Shown here: in pieces, positions 56,371-57,450 of the stretch
Position numbering within the stretch: position 1 is the first letter of the stretch
Layout: each line of letters opens with the position of its first letter
DNA from: Peribolospora baueri
Taxonomy: Eukaryota
Assembly (NCBI GenBank): GCA_029717555.1
Contig: JAMDHS010000115.1
Location: 1-57,450, forward strand
Direction: 5' to 3'
DNA: 57,450 bases
Translations under genes and position numbers: made by a program
Notes under the pieces: model-generated
What the model saw: the letters and a program-made list of their open reading frames with translations, nothing else
The model's database searches: none
Told to the model about the DNA's origin: nothing

Positions 56371-57450
56371 TTAGTAGAGGTCGTCGTAGTCGCTATCGTC
56401 GAACAGGCTGCGGAGGTACTCGATCTCGAGCGCGCGACGCTGGCCCTGCTGCTGCTGCGGCTGCTGCTGCTGCTGGAGCTGGCTCATGCCAGTGGCGGCG
56501 TGGGCGCCGGTGGTGGGACCAACGTTGGTGTTGACGTTGGTGGGGTTCTCGTGCGATCCGAACATGTCCATACCGGGGACCAGACGCTCTTCGAGGTCAC
56601 GGCGGCCGGTAGCGGTGGAGGCGCCGGTTTTGGGACCAACGTTGGTGGTGACGTGCGTGCTGCCGCTGCCGCTGCCACCGCTACCGCCAAAACCACCCAT
56701 ACCCATCATGGCCAGATCCCCCACCTCGGGAACAGCAGCGAGGGGAGCCAGGCGCCTTTCGAGGCCGCGACGACCGGTAGAGGCAGAGGCACCGGTGGTG
56801 GGACCAACGTTGGTGTCGACATAGGTGGGAGCTTGCTGCGAGCCGAAGATGTCCATACCGGGGAGCTGACGCTCGTCGAGGTCGCGGCGGGCGGTAGCGG
56901 CGGAGGCGCCGGTTTTGGGACCAACATTGGTGTTGACGCGCGTGCCGCCGGCTGGAGCACCGGAACCGCCCATTGGCATGAACATGCTTGCCATGCTTGC
57001 CATTCCGAGCATGTCACCGATCCCACGCTCTTCGAGGTCGCGCTGCTGCGGCGGCTGCTGGCCTTGGGGCTGCTGCTGCTGCTGCTGCTGGAGCTGGCTC
57101 ATGCCAGTGGCGGCGTGGGCGCCGGTGGCGGGACCAACGTTGGTGTTGACGTTGGTGGGGTTCTGGTGCGATCCGAACATGTCCATACCGGGGACCAGAC
57201 GCTCTTCGAGGTCGCGCTGATGCGGCGGCTGCTGGCCTTGGGGCGGCGGCTGCTGGCCTTGGGGCGGCGGCGGGGGCTTGCTGAAGGCGCCTACCAAGGG
57301 GAAAGCCATGGAGCCAAGCATGGCAACGTTGGTGATCTTATTGAGCTTGCCACCACCACCGCCTTGCGCGGGAGGGCTGGCGGTGGTACCGCTGCCGGAT
57401 TTACCGAACCCGAACCGGGGGAACTCGAACGCTCGCTCTTCGAGGTCGCG
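56371..57450 (-). CDS. Repetitive kexin-processed-type precursor (3' part; N-terminus outside the window)
   Basis: The frame is open from the window edge (RDLEERAFEFPRFGFGK...) to the stop at 56371. Units are delimited by RDLEER/RRDLDER/RRGLERR/RRDLEER, with five TxVxTNVGPxTGAxA cores, polyQ/QP linkers and an acidic tail. Confidence 0.8.
   Translation of the reverse strand, partial: RDLEERAFEFPRFGFGKSGSGTTASPPAQGGGGGKLNKITNVAMLGSMAFPLVGAFSKPPPPPQGQQPPPQGQQPPHQRDLEERLVPGMDMFGSHQNPTNVNTNVGPATGAHAATGMSQLQQQQQQQPQGQQPPQQRDLEERGIGDMLGMASMASMFMPMGGSGAPAGGTRVNTNVGPKTGASAATARRDLDERQLPGMDIFGSQQAPTYVDTNVGPTTGASASTGRRGLERRLAPLAAVPEVGDLAMMGMGGFGGSGGSGSGSTHVTTNVGPKTGASTATGRRDLEERLVPGMDMFGSHENPTNVNTNVGPTTGAHAATGMSQLQQQQQPQQQQGQRRALEIEYLRSLFDDSDYDDLY
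56461..57213. repeat. Near-identical 138-nt direct repeat (56461-56598 / 57076-57213) within the precursor gene
   Basis: Both copies encode DLEERLVPGMDMFGSHxNPTNVNTNVGPxTGAHAATGMSQLQQQQQ; only 2 substitutions seen. Confidence 0.92.

Noticed and set aside
53352..57450. ThiF-family enzyme next to a peptide precursor as a microcin-C-like RiPP system
   Set aside because: The enzyme has the full Uba4/MOCS3 architecture, including rhodanese CKRGND, and is a cytosolic housekeeping protein. Adjacency alone is not evidence.
1..57450. tRNA, rRNA or snoRNA genes
   Set aside because: None recognised by eye. A covariance-model scan (tRNAscan-SE, Infernal/Rfam) would be needed to exclude them.

Overview
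This is a eukaryotic, GC-rich, intron-dense fungal window; the gene content and GTGAGT/GTGCGT...YAG introns point to a basidiomycete. It holds about 19 protein-coding loci. Recognisable genes: the 3' end of a Ppn2-like metallophosphoesterase, an Srs2/UvrD helicase, TRAP-alpha/Irc22, an NADP-dependent alkenal/prostaglandin-reductase-family oxidoreductase, Med22, a single MadBub (Bub1/Mad3) kinase, isovaleryl-CoA dehydrogenase, a secreted S41 peptidase, Vps71, a B-type cyclin and Uba4/MOCS3. Also present: a secreted Gly/Asn-repeat protein, two related Thr-rich GPI-like surface proteins, several orphans, and a truncated repetitive precursor punctuated by (R)RDLEER sites. Most unusual: (1) a decayed Ty1/copia fragment whose RT core is replaced by a perfect 157-bp fold-back inverted repeat; (2) the kexin-type repeat precursor with a conserved TxVxTNVGPxTGAxA core; (3) an intronless 480-aa orphan ORF with a PAM2-like motif, flanked by composite direct repeats; (4) a cyclin B N-terminus built from three tandem D-box-led repeats. 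Exon boundaries were inferred by eye, and no database searches were run.
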